64,000 nucleotides of DNA. Source: an uncultured Planctomycetales bacterium (GTDB lineage Bacteria > Omnitrophota > Gorgyraeia > Zapsychrales > JANLHA01). Below are positions 1-9,800 of the stretch, piece by piece. How positions within the stretch are numbered: the first letter of the stretch is position 1; each line of letters starts with the position of its first letter. The translations under genes and the position numbers were made by a program. The stretch spans positions 22,148 through 86,147 of the forward strand of contig CAYVEC010000004.1 in assembly GCA_964450385.1 (NCBI GenBank). The letters run 5' to 3'. The notes below the pieces were generated by a model. It saw only the letters and a program-made list of their open reading frames with translations. It was not told the origin of the DNA and did no database searches.

Positions 1-2
1 AG

Positions 3-1232
3 GACATTGCCAACGCGATGTTGGGCTCCTGCGCCTGGACAGAGGGCGGAGACTACTGGATTTATGATGATGAAGGAAATATTGTTCGACTCGAGAGCGA
101 AGACAATGAAGAGTATCAGGCATGGCTCAAGGCCAATATCGCGGCCTTTGAGGTCTTCAGCGCAAAGCTGCAGGCTCGGAGGTCTTTTCTTGAAGAGTTT
201 GTCAATAAGGCGGAAACGGTCCGGCGCCAGCTTGCCGAGGCCGTGGACCGGATCTCGGAGTTTTTGGATAATGGAACGCCGATCGGTACCGCTGTTCGGG
301 ATGACGACCACAATACTGTCGCGGACGGCCCGGTGGTGCGAGGGTCGATCGACCACGACGGGTTTTTGACCGAGTCGCTCGGTCTTCCGTATAACCGCTT
401 TGTTCCCTTGTATGATGAGGACGGGCATGTCGCGGGGCCCTATGACACCACAGGGACAGATTCGCCGGCTGAGATGATCATCCGCACACGCCAGGGGCTG
501 AGAGGCGGGGCGACGTCGAATTTTGCGATCTATGTCTGGCGCGGAGAATCGAGCGATCCCGACTGGTCTGACGGAAAGGTGACTCAGACGTCAGGGCTGC
601 TGCACGCGGTGAAGGTCGAGTCTCAGGTCCCGATGCGCTGCGCGAATTGCACCCTTAATGGTATGGGCGGCAAAAAATGGCCGTCGGTCGAGACATCATC
701 ATCGGGCTTTATGGACAGCGAGACCTGTTACTATCTGGTGAATCATTTTGGGATGACCAAGGCCCGGGTGATCCGGTTCGACCAGCGGCCGAACCTGCCG
801 AGCGCGGGGTCGCTGTTTAGCCGCATTCCTTTTTTCCGACCCACAGGCGCGCATCCCGACTTTAGCAGCCGCAACGTCACGGGCGGAGGCCTTTTTAATA
901 CTGTTAATAATCGATGCCTCGTTCACATTGATCCGATCTTGATAGACATGTCAGCAGCATTACCGGAGCAGAGTCCTCAGCTCCTTGAGGCCTTTATGAT
1001 CAATGAACCGCCTCGGCTGGATGATGGAACATTTGATAGAGATTTCACGACGGATGCGGGGCAGTGCTGGAACGATGTTCATGACTATATTTTGCGTTAC
1101 GGCATCCATTCCGAGAGTTGTGTTGGGTATTATTGGGGGAAGAAGAAGGGGGGCGCCTCCGCCGCCGGGGACGAGAGGGGCATGAGGATGCGGTTTACGA
1201 AGTGTGACCAAGCGTTTGCCGAGGGATGGTAG
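3..1232 (+). CDS. hypothetical protein, 5'-truncated at the window edge (open from position 3 in frame 3; first ATG at 18; stop TAG at 1230-1232)
   Basis: Continuous GC3-rich coding-like codon usage in + frame 3 from the window start; the ORF track gives 404 aa from the first ATG. No recognisable catalytic motifs; its position upstream of flp/tadBC suggests a pilus-locus accessory protein. It is not a CpaF/TadA ATPase because no Walker A motif is present. Confidence 0.5.
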   Translation, partial: DIANAMLGSCAWTEGGDYWIYDDEGNIVRLESEDNEEYQAWLKANIAAFEVFSAKLQARRSFLEEFVNKAETVRRQLAEAVDRISEFLDNGTPIGTAVRDDDHNTVADGPVVRGSIDHDGFLTESLGLPYNRFVPLYDEDGHVAGPYDTTGTDSPAEMIIRTRQGLRGGATSNFAIYVWRGESSDPDWSDGKVTQTSGLLHAVKVESQVPMRCANCTLNGMGGKKWPSVETSSSGFMDSETCYYLVNHFGMTKARVIRFDQRPNLPSAGSLFSRIPFFRPTGAHPDFSSRNVTGGGLFNTVNNRCLVHIDPILIDMSAALPEQSPQLLEAFMINEPPRLDDGTFDRDFTTDAGQCWNDVHDYILRYGIHSESCVGYYWGKKKGGASAAGDERGMRMRFTKCDQAFAEGW

Positions 1233-1243
1233 GAGCCGGAGAG

Positions 1244-1588
1244 ATGGATCAAAAAAGACAGAAAAACGGTTGCGGCGTGTCCACGGTTGAGTATATGATT
1301 CTTTTGGTCTTCTGTTTGGCGGCGCTCGTGCTCATGTCCGGGCCGGTCCAGCGGGCGATCCAGGGGCGCTGGAAGGCGACGGCCGACACCTTCGGCCAGG
1401 GCCGGCAATTCGAGCCGTCGAGCGGCGGGGCAGCGAAAAGGACGCGAGACTATTTTTTTGATGCCGATACACAGGACTGGATCAGCCAATATTGTTTTGA
1501 TCAGCGGTGTGATTGCAGTTTTGAAGAGATCGATCCTGCCTATGACGCACAGTGTGTTCGCTGCAAGGCTGGTTGTCGGGTCCCCTAG
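1244..1588 (+). CDS. flp: Flp/Fap-family (type IVb, Tad) prepilin-like protein with an unusual Cys-rich C-terminal extension
   Basis: N-terminus MDQKRQKNGCGVSTVEYMILLVFCLAALVLMSG fits the class-III prepilin motif G/xxxxEY followed by a hydrophobic helix, typical of Flp pilins. GGAGAG lies just upstream of ATG 1244 (the track's ATG 1226 overlaps the upstream stop). The roughly 60-aa C-terminal tail contains 6 Cys (CFDQRCDCSF...CVRCKAGC), unusual for Flp pilins. Confidence 0.55.
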   Translation: MDQKRQKNGCGVSTVEYMILLVFCLAALVLMSGPVQRAIQGRWKATADTFGQGRQFEPSSGGAAKRTRDYFFDADTQDWISQYCFDQRCDCSFEEIDPAYDAQCVRCKAGCRVP

Positions 1589-1624
1589 GTAGGGCGTAAC
1601 GGGGAAGCGGTCAACGGGGGGAGA

Positions 1625-2482
1625 ATGTTTCCATTGGCTTTATTCTTGGCGTTTCTGACGGCCGTGATCACGGGCTACTGGGTCCTCCCGGCGGTCTACG
1701 GTCAGGGCGTCGGGTTCCAGCAGCGGCGGGCGCAGCAGTTCACCTCGCGGCTTGAGCGCGTCGTCTCACGCCCGCAGGCCCAGCGGATCATCCAGCTCTA
1801 TCTTCTCGCTCCGTTGTTCCTCGCCGGCGTCATGTATTTCACGGCCCCGGCTCGGCTGCAGATCCTGGCCGGCGCGGCCGGACTCGCCCTGGGCCTTGTC
1901 GTCCCTACGTTCTACACACGGATCCTTGTCGCGGGCAATAAAAAGAAATTTGATGAACAGCTCATCGACACGCTCATGATCATGTCGAGCTCCTTCCGCG
2001 GGGGGCTGAGTCTCATGCAGTCGATCGAGGCGGTTGTTGAAGAGATGTCCGACCCGGCGGCCCAGGAGTTCGGGACCGTGCTCGGCGAGAACAAGATGGG
2101 CGTCTCGCTCGAGGAGTCGATGGAACACCTGTATAATCGTCAGCCGAGTCCGTCGCTGCAGCAGATGATCACCGCGATCCTCCTCGCGCGCGAGACCGGG
2201 GGGAACCTGCCGGCCATCTTTCAGCGGATCGTCGACGTGATCCGCCAGCGGCGCCGGATCCAGGGGCAGATTGACACCCTCACTCTTCAGGGGAAGATCC
2301 AGGGCGTCGTGATGTCGATCCTGCCGGTGGCCTTCTTTATGATCATCAGCTCGACGAACCCGGACCATTTTAAGGTGATGTTTGATACCGAGATCGGCCG
2401 CATTCTGCTTCTTGGTGCCCTGGTCGCGGAGATTATCGGCGCGTACATGATCTGGCAGATCAGCTCGTTGAAGGATTTTTGA
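1625..2482 (+). CDS. tadB: Tad pilus assembly inner-membrane protein TadB (type II secretion system F domain)
   Basis: 285 aa with an N-terminal TM helix and T2SS-F domain motifs (..LIDTLMIMSSSFRGGLSL.QSIE..; ARETGGNLPAIFQRIVDVIRQRRR; C-terminal TM helices), matching the TadB/GspF-like family pattern. Confidence 0.8.
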   Translation: MFPLALFLAFLTAVITGYWVLPAVYGQGVGFQQRRAQQFTSRLERVVSRPQAQRIIQLYLLAPLFLAGVMYFTAPARLQILAGAAGLALGLVVPTFYTRILVAGNKKKFDEQLIDTLMIMSSSFRGGLSLMQSIEAVVEEMSDPAAQEFGTVLGENKMGVSLEESMEHLYNRQPSPSLQQMITAILLARETGGNLPAIFQRIVDVIRQRRRIQGQIDTLTLQGKIQGVVMSILPVAFFMIISSTNPDHFKVMFDTEIGRILLLGALVAEIIGAYMIWQISSLKDF

Positions 2483-2503
2483 TATGAGACGGAGGCGTTA
2501 GAT

Positions 2504-3388
2504 ATGTTCCTCTTCTGTTTATTCCTGGCCTTTCTGTCGGCCTTCAGTTTTATCATGGGGATGTTCCCCGTCGATTGGGAATCCCGGCCGACGCTTGAGA
2601 CCTTCGGGTATGATGTGCGGATCAAAAAGCGGGGGGGCCGGCGGTTCTCGCTCCTCAGGATCGTTTCGCTTATCAACAAACCCCTCTGTGTGGGGGTCAT
2701 GGGTGCCCGTATCCGGAAAGACCTCGTCAAGGGGCGCGTGGCGATATCGCCTGAGGAATTTTTTCTGCTCAAAGAGATCAGCGTGATCCTCATCTCGATC
2801 GCGGCGGTGATGCTTATTCCCAAAGACATGCTCTCCCTCGGCCTCCTCATCGGCGTCATGGTGGGGTATCTCCTGCCCGAGTATTGGTTAAAGGGCAAGA
2901 TCAAACAGGTCCGCCAGACGATCCTGAAGGAACTCCCCGACGCGGTTGACCTCCTCGGGCTCTGCGTTAATGCCGGGCTGGATTTCATGCTTGCCCTCAA
3001 ATGGGTCGTCGAGAAATCCCCGCCGTCGGTGATGATCAATGAGCTCAACATCCTGCTTCAGGAGATCAACGTCGGGAAAACCCGCCGGGACGCGCTCAAA
3101 TCTCTCGCGCAGAAATATGATCTCCCCGATCTCTCGACGTTCACTCGGACGCTCATCCAGGCCGACAAGATGGGGACCTCGGTCGCCGAGGCCCTTAATA
3201 TTCTTTCGGAAGACATGCGGCTCGCCCGCTTCCGGCGCGGTGAGCAGCTCGCCATGAAGGCGCCGATCAAGCTCCTGGTCCCGCTCATGTGTTTTATCTT
3301 TCCGGTCGTGGGTATATTGGTCGCAGGCCCAATCTTTATTCAATTTATGACCGATAATCCGCTGAGCAAGATCGGCGGCAAGAAGTAA
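2504..3388 (+). CDS. tadC: Tad pilus assembly inner-membrane protein TadC (type II secretion system F domain)
   Basis: 294 aa with an N-terminal TM segment and T2SS-F domain (LPDAVDLLGLCVNAGLDFMLALKWVVEKSP...; LIQADKMGTSVAEALNILSEDMRLARFRRGEQLAMKAPIKLLVPLMCFIFPVV), classic TadC features. It sits 21 nt after the tadB stop. Confidence 0.8.
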   Translation: MFLFCLFLAFLSAFSFIMGMFPVDWESRPTLETFGYDVRIKKRGGRRFSLLRIVSLINKPLCVGVMGARIRKDLVKGRVAISPEEFFLLKEISVILISIAAVMLIPKDMLSLGLLIGVMVGYLLPEYWLKGKIKQVRQTILKELPDAVDLLGLCVNAGLDFMLALKWVVEKSPPSVMINELNILLQEINVGKTRRDALKSLAQKYDLPDLSTFTRTLIQADKMGTSVAEALNILSEDMRLARFRRGEQLAMKAPIKLLVPLMCFIFPVVGILVAGPIFIQFMTDNPLSKIGGKK

Positions 3389-3412
3389 CATAGAGTGACG
3401 CGTTGTGTGACA

Positions 3413-3442
3413 AGGGGACGATTATCGTCCCCTTTTGTATTT
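3413..3442 (+). terminator. Rho-independent terminator after tadC
   Basis: GGGGACGA-ttat-TCGTCCCC perfect 8-bp stem followed by TTTTGTATTT, 25 nt after the tadC stop codon. Confidence 0.6.
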
Positions 3443-3456
3443 AAAAAGGGAAAAAT

Positions 3457-3511
3457 AAATGTCCAATTTTAATGTCCAAAATGTGTCAAGAGGGGTTTTA
3501 ATGTCCAAAAC
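3457..3511 (+). promoter_or_regulatory. Cluster of direct repeats TTAATGTCCAAAA (operator-like); a fourth copy lies at 3955-3968 inside the start of the giant ORF
   Basis: Exact 13-mer TTAATGTCCAAAA at 3469-3481 and 3498-3510 with a near copy AAATGTCCAATTTT at 3457-3470; an identical TTAATGTCCAAAAT recurs at 3955-3968. Three exact copies of an AT-rich 13-mer within 500 bp of a GC-rich genome is non-random. Confidence 0.4.
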
Positions 3512-3674
3512 AGCGACGGATGCGGAAGAAAGCCCTTTCATTTTTTTGGGCGAAAAGGGTCATCCTGTCGGCTGCAAAGACCGAAAAAAATTTTTTATTT
3601 TTTTCTCGACAAAAATTTTTTTCCAATCACCAAAAGACGTTTGATTTTAAACGAGTTAAAGCATAAAAATTTTT

Positions 3675-3702
3675 TTGACCGATTTGCCCGCTCATATATA
3701 AC
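3675..3702 (+). promoter_or_regulatory. Candidate sigma70-type promoter for the giant gene (TTGACC-N16-TATAAC)
   Basis: TTGACC at 3675-3680 and TATAAC at 3697-3702 with 16-nt spacing, about 170 nt upstream of ATG 3871. It is flanked by A/T homopolymer tracts (3581-3630, 3664-3674) that could act as an UP element or bent DNA. Confidence 0.35.
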
Positions 3703-3870
3703 ATGATATACTCTTAGCGCACTAGCCCGGAGGAAAAAAGAACAGCCGTATCGCAGTTGTCAAGAACATAATTGTCCAATCACAAAAGTCGCCTGAACCG
3801 GCGACTTTCTTGTTTTATAAAAACCCCGGGCGTTTTCATAATGTACAGTCTGTAAATATAGGATTCTTTT

Positions 3871-6800
3871 ATGGACGACAGAATGGACATAAAAACGAGC
3901 GCCGAAACTGTATCCGCGTGCCATGAGCAGGCGGGTGAGGGAACGGTGCGTCTTAATGTCCAAAATACCGGGATCCTCCATGCCCCGGAAGCCGGGCATG
4001 GGTTCCAGAGCCGTTTTAAGGCCTGGATCCGGGTTGTCGCGGCCCTGATCGTCTTTGTCTTTGTGCCGGAACAGGTGAGCTGGGCCATGAGCTATAATCC
4101 GGCCGTGCTCTGGAGCCCCCAGCCGATCCCGCTCGCGGTCGGGGCCCCGGTTTCTGGACCGGACCTTGTCCCAGCTGCGCCTGAGCTTGAATTGCCCCAG
4201 GCCGAGGCTGCGGCCATGCTCGCCTCGAATATCGAGTCCCTCATGGGCCGGATCGCGCAGATGAATGCCCGGCAGATTGATCTTGAGATCGCGTCCGCTG
4301 ATCAAAAACGGTTCGCGGATATCAAGAACCTCCGTCTTTCGACCCGTAAAAGGATCGCGGCCGCGGATATCCAGGCGGCCGTGTCGTGGCTGAAACAGCC
4401 CGAGATCCATCCGCTCAACTGCGGTGTTTTTGCCGCCTATGACTTTTTAAAGCACTACAATCAGCCGGTCTCGATCGAGCAGGTCTCGCTCGCGACGCTC
4501 TCGGTGGACCTGCTGTCTGACATTATTAGGCCCGGCGACCCGACGCTGAAGACGTCACTGTTCGCGATCAACCGGGTGCTCTCCCTGTATCCCGTTAAGC
4601 ACGCGGTGATTAAGATGCATCCTGAGGCGATGCTGCGCCTCGCCCCGCCGTTTATCGCGAATTTCCAGAGCGAACACTTTGTCCTCGTGACCGGCGTCTC
4701 CGGTGAGACGCTGACGGTCCAGGATACGGGCCGCGTGCGCGAGGTCCCGATCCCAGACTTTTTGGCCCAGGCCTCGCCGTTCGTCGTGATCGCCGAGAGC
4801 GGGATCCCGGAGGGTGTTGAATATACTGAGGCTGGCGCGGCCGAGCAGGCTTATATCTGGGGTGACAAGTGGGTGGACCGGTCGGATGAACTGCCGGGTC
4901 TCATGGGCGATGTCAGCGATGTGATCCAGGACGTCTTGGTCGAAGTCGCGATCATTGTTGTATTGGCAATCATTCAGGTCCAGATGGCGCAGTGGATCCA
5001 GCGGGCGGCGGAGGGGGCCCAGCAAGCTGGCGAGGCCGCCTCGATGCTCCAAAAGCTTGCCGCCCAGATGAATAAATTAGATTATGTGAAAAATTCTGCC
5101 GACTTGGGCAAGGCGCTCGGGACGGCGATGGCAATGGTCGGGGTCAGTGATTTTGCGAATACGCTCAATCAGGTTGCAGTCCTTCAAGGCTGGTGGGATG
5201 AGGATCTGGGTTTTGTGATGAGTACGGCGATGTCCACGGTCTTGGCCGGGGCCGTCGTGGGGCCTGGAATCGATGGCGTAGTCACAGCGGCGGAGGGCCT
5301 CCCACAGAATGCTACGGGGTCTGTCATCTTGAGCGAGACAGCCAGGGGTTTTGCGAGCGGGGTCAGGTCTTCCTTCACGGCCTCTCGGATGGCCACGATC
5401 TTAGGCACGGCCGTGGTGTCGACGTCATCCAAGGTCGCCCTTCACAAGGCCCTTCCGGAGGGCATGAATCCGATCATGCGGAATTTTTTGATGGGCCTCG
5501 GCTCGAGCCTGATGACCCAGGCGGTCCTCGCGGCTGGAACCATGGCTTTTTCATCCATGAAGCAGGAGATCGGCGCCGGTAATACGGTTAAGGATCAGCT
5601 TGATCAAAAGTTGGCGGAGTGGCAAAAAAATAATCCCGGGAAGATCATGACCCCGGCCGAGAGGGAGGTCTTGGTCAACGAAGTACGCGCGGGCTTGATC
5701 GCTGGTATTAATAATGGTTCGATCGATCCAGAGTCGGCGCGAGAGGCCTTTGCCAGGGCCGAGGAGCGGGGCTACCTTGAAGAGAACGTCCCGCAGGAGG
5801 TGCGTGCTCAAATCGAGGCGGATTTTAAAGCATACGCGGCAACCCCTGCTTTTAATGAAGCGATGAATGCGTATGTTGCGAAAGCGCAAGCAAATGCTTC
5901 TTCTGGTTCGACAAACGACTTAAAAAACCTATATATTGAACAGCAACGGGGCGTCTTTACTTCTAATAAGATAGATGGGTACATCGCGTCACAGCTTGCC
6001 CTGAGCGACCGTTTTGTGAGTAAGGCGATGCAGGACAAGCGCGCGGGATGGCGGAATGAATTTGATGACAAGATAAAAGACATCGGCGTGTTGAAGGAGA
6101 TGGTCAGCCGCGGCTATTTTGATCGAACCTTTGTTCCCTTTAATACTCAAGAGACCTGGTCGTGGCTGGGGCGCAGCATGCTTTCGCAGACGATCGGGAT
6201 GAGCTTTGCCGCCGGGATCAAACTCCTCCTCGAAAAAGTTGATGAGGACACCTTCGGCCCTGAGACGGCCGTGGCCCAGGCCCTGGCCGGATTCGGGCAG
6301 ATGATGGGCGAGGTGGTGGCCCAGGGCTTTTTAACAGGCTGGAAGGCGCCGGGCGAGATCGCATCGGGCGGTGTCGAGTTTGAGCATGTGACCCAGGTCG
6401 ACGGGAAGGACATGGCGGTTGAATTGAGGGACAATGGCCAGTGGTATCGTGTGGCCGATGCGGGGAAACCTGTCGAGACGTTAACGCCGGTCGCGGTCGA
6501 ACAGATCGTCTCGCGTCCTATCGTGTATACACAATCAGGCGAAAAGGTCTATTTGACGTTTAATCCGGCAGGCGCTGTTGTTGCCCATCGTGGGTCTTCC
6601 GACGGAGAAGAGGTTGCGCTTTCCTGGAATGATCAGGGTGAGATCCTCGCAGGCCCTATAAATGGAAATGATGACGGATGGCAGAGGATGCAGGCAAAGC
6701 TGCGCCTTGCGCCATCAGTCGGCATGAACGGCCAGATCTCAGGGACGCTCGTTCAGGATCGCACCTGGGGGAAATTCCTTACGGCGAATCTTGTGCAGGC

Positions 6801-9800
6801 CGCGGTCGGTGGGGCGATCGGGTTCGGGATCGATCAATTGGAAGGGCTGTGGATTGATAAGGAAGACACAAGTTTGGACAATAAACGCAAGACCCTGCTC
6901 GTGAGGTCGCTCGTATTTACCGGGATGCTCGGCCTTGTCGAGGCCACGGGTGCCATGAAACGCTCGAAGCTCGCGGGGACGGCCGAGCCGTCGCCTGAGA
7001 GCGCCTTTGGGTATCTGTTCCTGAAGGGCGGGACCACCTTCCTTATGAATACGGCCATGGCCTTGGGGACGTTTAACGGCACGATGCCGGGTTCGGATGG
7101 GTTCAGGTCGCCGCAGCAGGCGGTCCAGTTCGCTGAGGCGGTCTCGGATCGTGTCGGGTTCGGCACGAGCACGTATCTCGCGATGTCGGGCATGCGTGAG
7201 GATATCGATAAGAGCGAGATGTCCGCTGCCCAGAAAGAGTATCAATTGAAGACCGGGATGATGACGGTTCTCGACGACGCGCACCGGGGCTGGATCTATG
7301 ACCAGCTTAACACCCAGCTCTCGGGCGGGTTCATGGGGTCGGATATCTTTGTCGAGGGAGGGATCGTCACCGCTGGCAAGACGGCCCTATCCATGCTTTT
7401 GTCCGGAGAGAACAATGCCTCGCGCGTCCGCGACCTCCTCGGGTTCACGTATTATCGGTGGGTCGTTCAGCCCGTGATCACTGCTGAGGCCCGCACATCT
7501 GAGCCGGCGGCTCTGACTGCCGCGCCGGGCACGACGCCCGCTACGCCGGCCGAGAGGCCTGAGGGCGACGCTGATCGCGCGGAGGAGCCCCCGGCCGAAA
7601 ACATTAAGAGAACGAATCTTTACGCCCTCGGCGCGTCATCCGCGGCTGATCCCTATCGGGAGACCTTTGACCTGCCGTCGCTCGGGGTGGCGCTTGGCCG
7701 CGGGGCCATTGTTAAGGATTGGGGCCGCGGATATCAGGAGATCACCCTTGCGCTGGGCAAGGACCTTCAGGAACGCTGGGGGATCAGCGCCGAGGATCTC
7801 CGACTCGGTCCGGTCGGCGGGGATTCGCTCCTTGGGGAAACGCCTGAAGAGATCGCCGAAAAGCAGAATCCGGCGCGGAGGGAGTTTATCCGGACGGCCG
7901 CCGGTAACAGCGCGGTCGGGCTGCGGGGCTTTATGTCGGATTTTCTCACCGAGCCGGGGCTGCGGACAGAGGGATTTGTCATCCTTGAGGACGATCTCGG
8001 CAAGGATCGTCAGGGCGTCTCTGCGCTCGTCTATCGGATCGATCCGGGCGCGCGCACGGCCACGAACGGCAGATGGGAAGGCGACCTGATCCGCGTTTTA
8101 GGCGACAACATGGAGCTGTTCGATGGGCATGTCATGAGCCATGTCGGACTTTCCGGAGAGGTTGCGCCAATCCATCCCGACGTGCTCCTGGCTCAAAAGG
8201 CTGAACGGATCGCAGATCTAACAGCGAGGATGGAACAACTTGAAGACGAGATGGTGGATTTAGAAATTCAGAAATTTTTTAATCCTGGATATGATGCGGA
8301 GTATTTATATCATCTGGTCAAGAATGAAGAGCATCAGGAAAGGCTTCAAGTTGAAATAGCAGCTTTAGCAAAGGAGATAAGTCAGAGTTCAGATCCCGGT
8401 CAGGTGGCGGATTTGGAAGCCCTCATTAGGGAGAAAGAGAATGAATCCACGAGGGTAGCGTTAGATGACCAGTTGTTGTCTAGGTCAGGCTGGAGTGACG
8501 ACACAAATTCAAATATCCTAATTAATAATAAACAGAAAGAGGGACTAGACATTGAGAAGTCTCTTGATAATCTTAAGGCCCTGAATCTCGACGCCGGGCT
8601 AAGCACGCGCGTTGAGACCGTTGCGCTCGGCCTCAAGGGCGAGGAAGGGAGCAAGTATGTGACCCTGAGCCGCAGCTCCCTGGACCGCCGGCAGTATTTT
8701 GAAAAGACAAAGACAGAGGCGTTCGCCCCCGTGGTTTATCGCCCGATCCCGTCGGACAAGAATCCGTTTGATCAGCAGGAGCCGGAGCGGCATGCCCTTT
8801 TCGGGGTGAGCGAGGATGCGCACACCTTGAGGGTTGTGCAGGCCCTGCGGGCTTCTGGATTTAACGATACGTTTATTTCGCGGCTGCAGAACGGCACGTT
8901 GACTGATGCGGAACAGAAAGACGCGATCAGGGTGCTTCAGGAACAGGGCGTGGTCGGTCAGGAGACAACGGGCCGGGCGCTCTTCGACCGCGTCCGCGGG
9001 CTCGCGCAGTCCACGTCGGGTATGAATGAGTTCTTTGACGTGTCGCTCCGGGATTCGTTGGGTAAGGCCGACAGCGTTGAGGCGGGTTTCTTTAGCGGAT
9101 ATCTCGAGGATGCGAACGGACCGAAGGGCCTGATCCGGCTCGCGGCTGCCCGGCTCACGCCCAAGGGGAATGATTGGCGCATGAACATGGCCTATCATGT
9201 CGTTGGCAATCGCTTTGTGGGGATGGATCCCCAGAATCTTTCGATCGATGAGACGGACCTTAACGGCCTTGCCCTTGTTGACGTGCGGACGAAAGGGATC
9301 TCGGCCCTGGATGTCTTTGACGGAAAGACGCGGCTTGATGACGGGATTCTCGGCGGGGTCGCGGGGCAGAGCGGTGTCGCGATGCGCCAGCGCGAGGCGG
9401 CGTTGAGGAGATCAACGGCCTCGACGGATCTTATCACGTTAGTGCAGGCCATTAACGTGGTGTCGTATGCGGAGGCTCAGACCAGGCTTTTTAAAGAGGC
9501 CACAGAAACGATAAACAAATTTTTTGCGAAAGAATTCCCTGCTGAGACGGTGCCGGAGGATATTGCTGGCAAGATCGGTCTTTTGAAGGCAAAAGTCGAT
9601 GAGAAGAAAGAGGACCTTAGAGCAGGGACACTCACTGTTGTGGGAGAGGGATTGTCTGCTCAGCCCAAGGAAGAGGCGATTGCCGCTTTGACGAAAAAAG
9701 TCAAAGACCTTGAACAAGTCGCTAAGTTTATTGAATCTCGGGAGCTCGGTGAGATGAACGTTGCGCAGACTCGGGCTGCCCTTCAAGAACAGATTGGTCG

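Noticed and set aside
7-369. + frame-1 ORF of 120 aa overlapping the 5' partial gene
   Set aside because: Out of frame with the coding-like frame 3 ORF (3-1232) that shows proper GC3 bias; Arg/Ser-rich translation typical of an alternative-frame artefact.
3459-3644. + strand ORF of 61 aa (MSNFNVQNVSRGVLMSK...) in the intergenic region
   Set aside because: It is built largely from the TTAATGTCCAAAA repeat copies and A/T tracts (the repeated NVQN comes from the repeat). It is AT-rich unlike the coding regions and has no RBS, so it is more likely a regulatory region than a gene.
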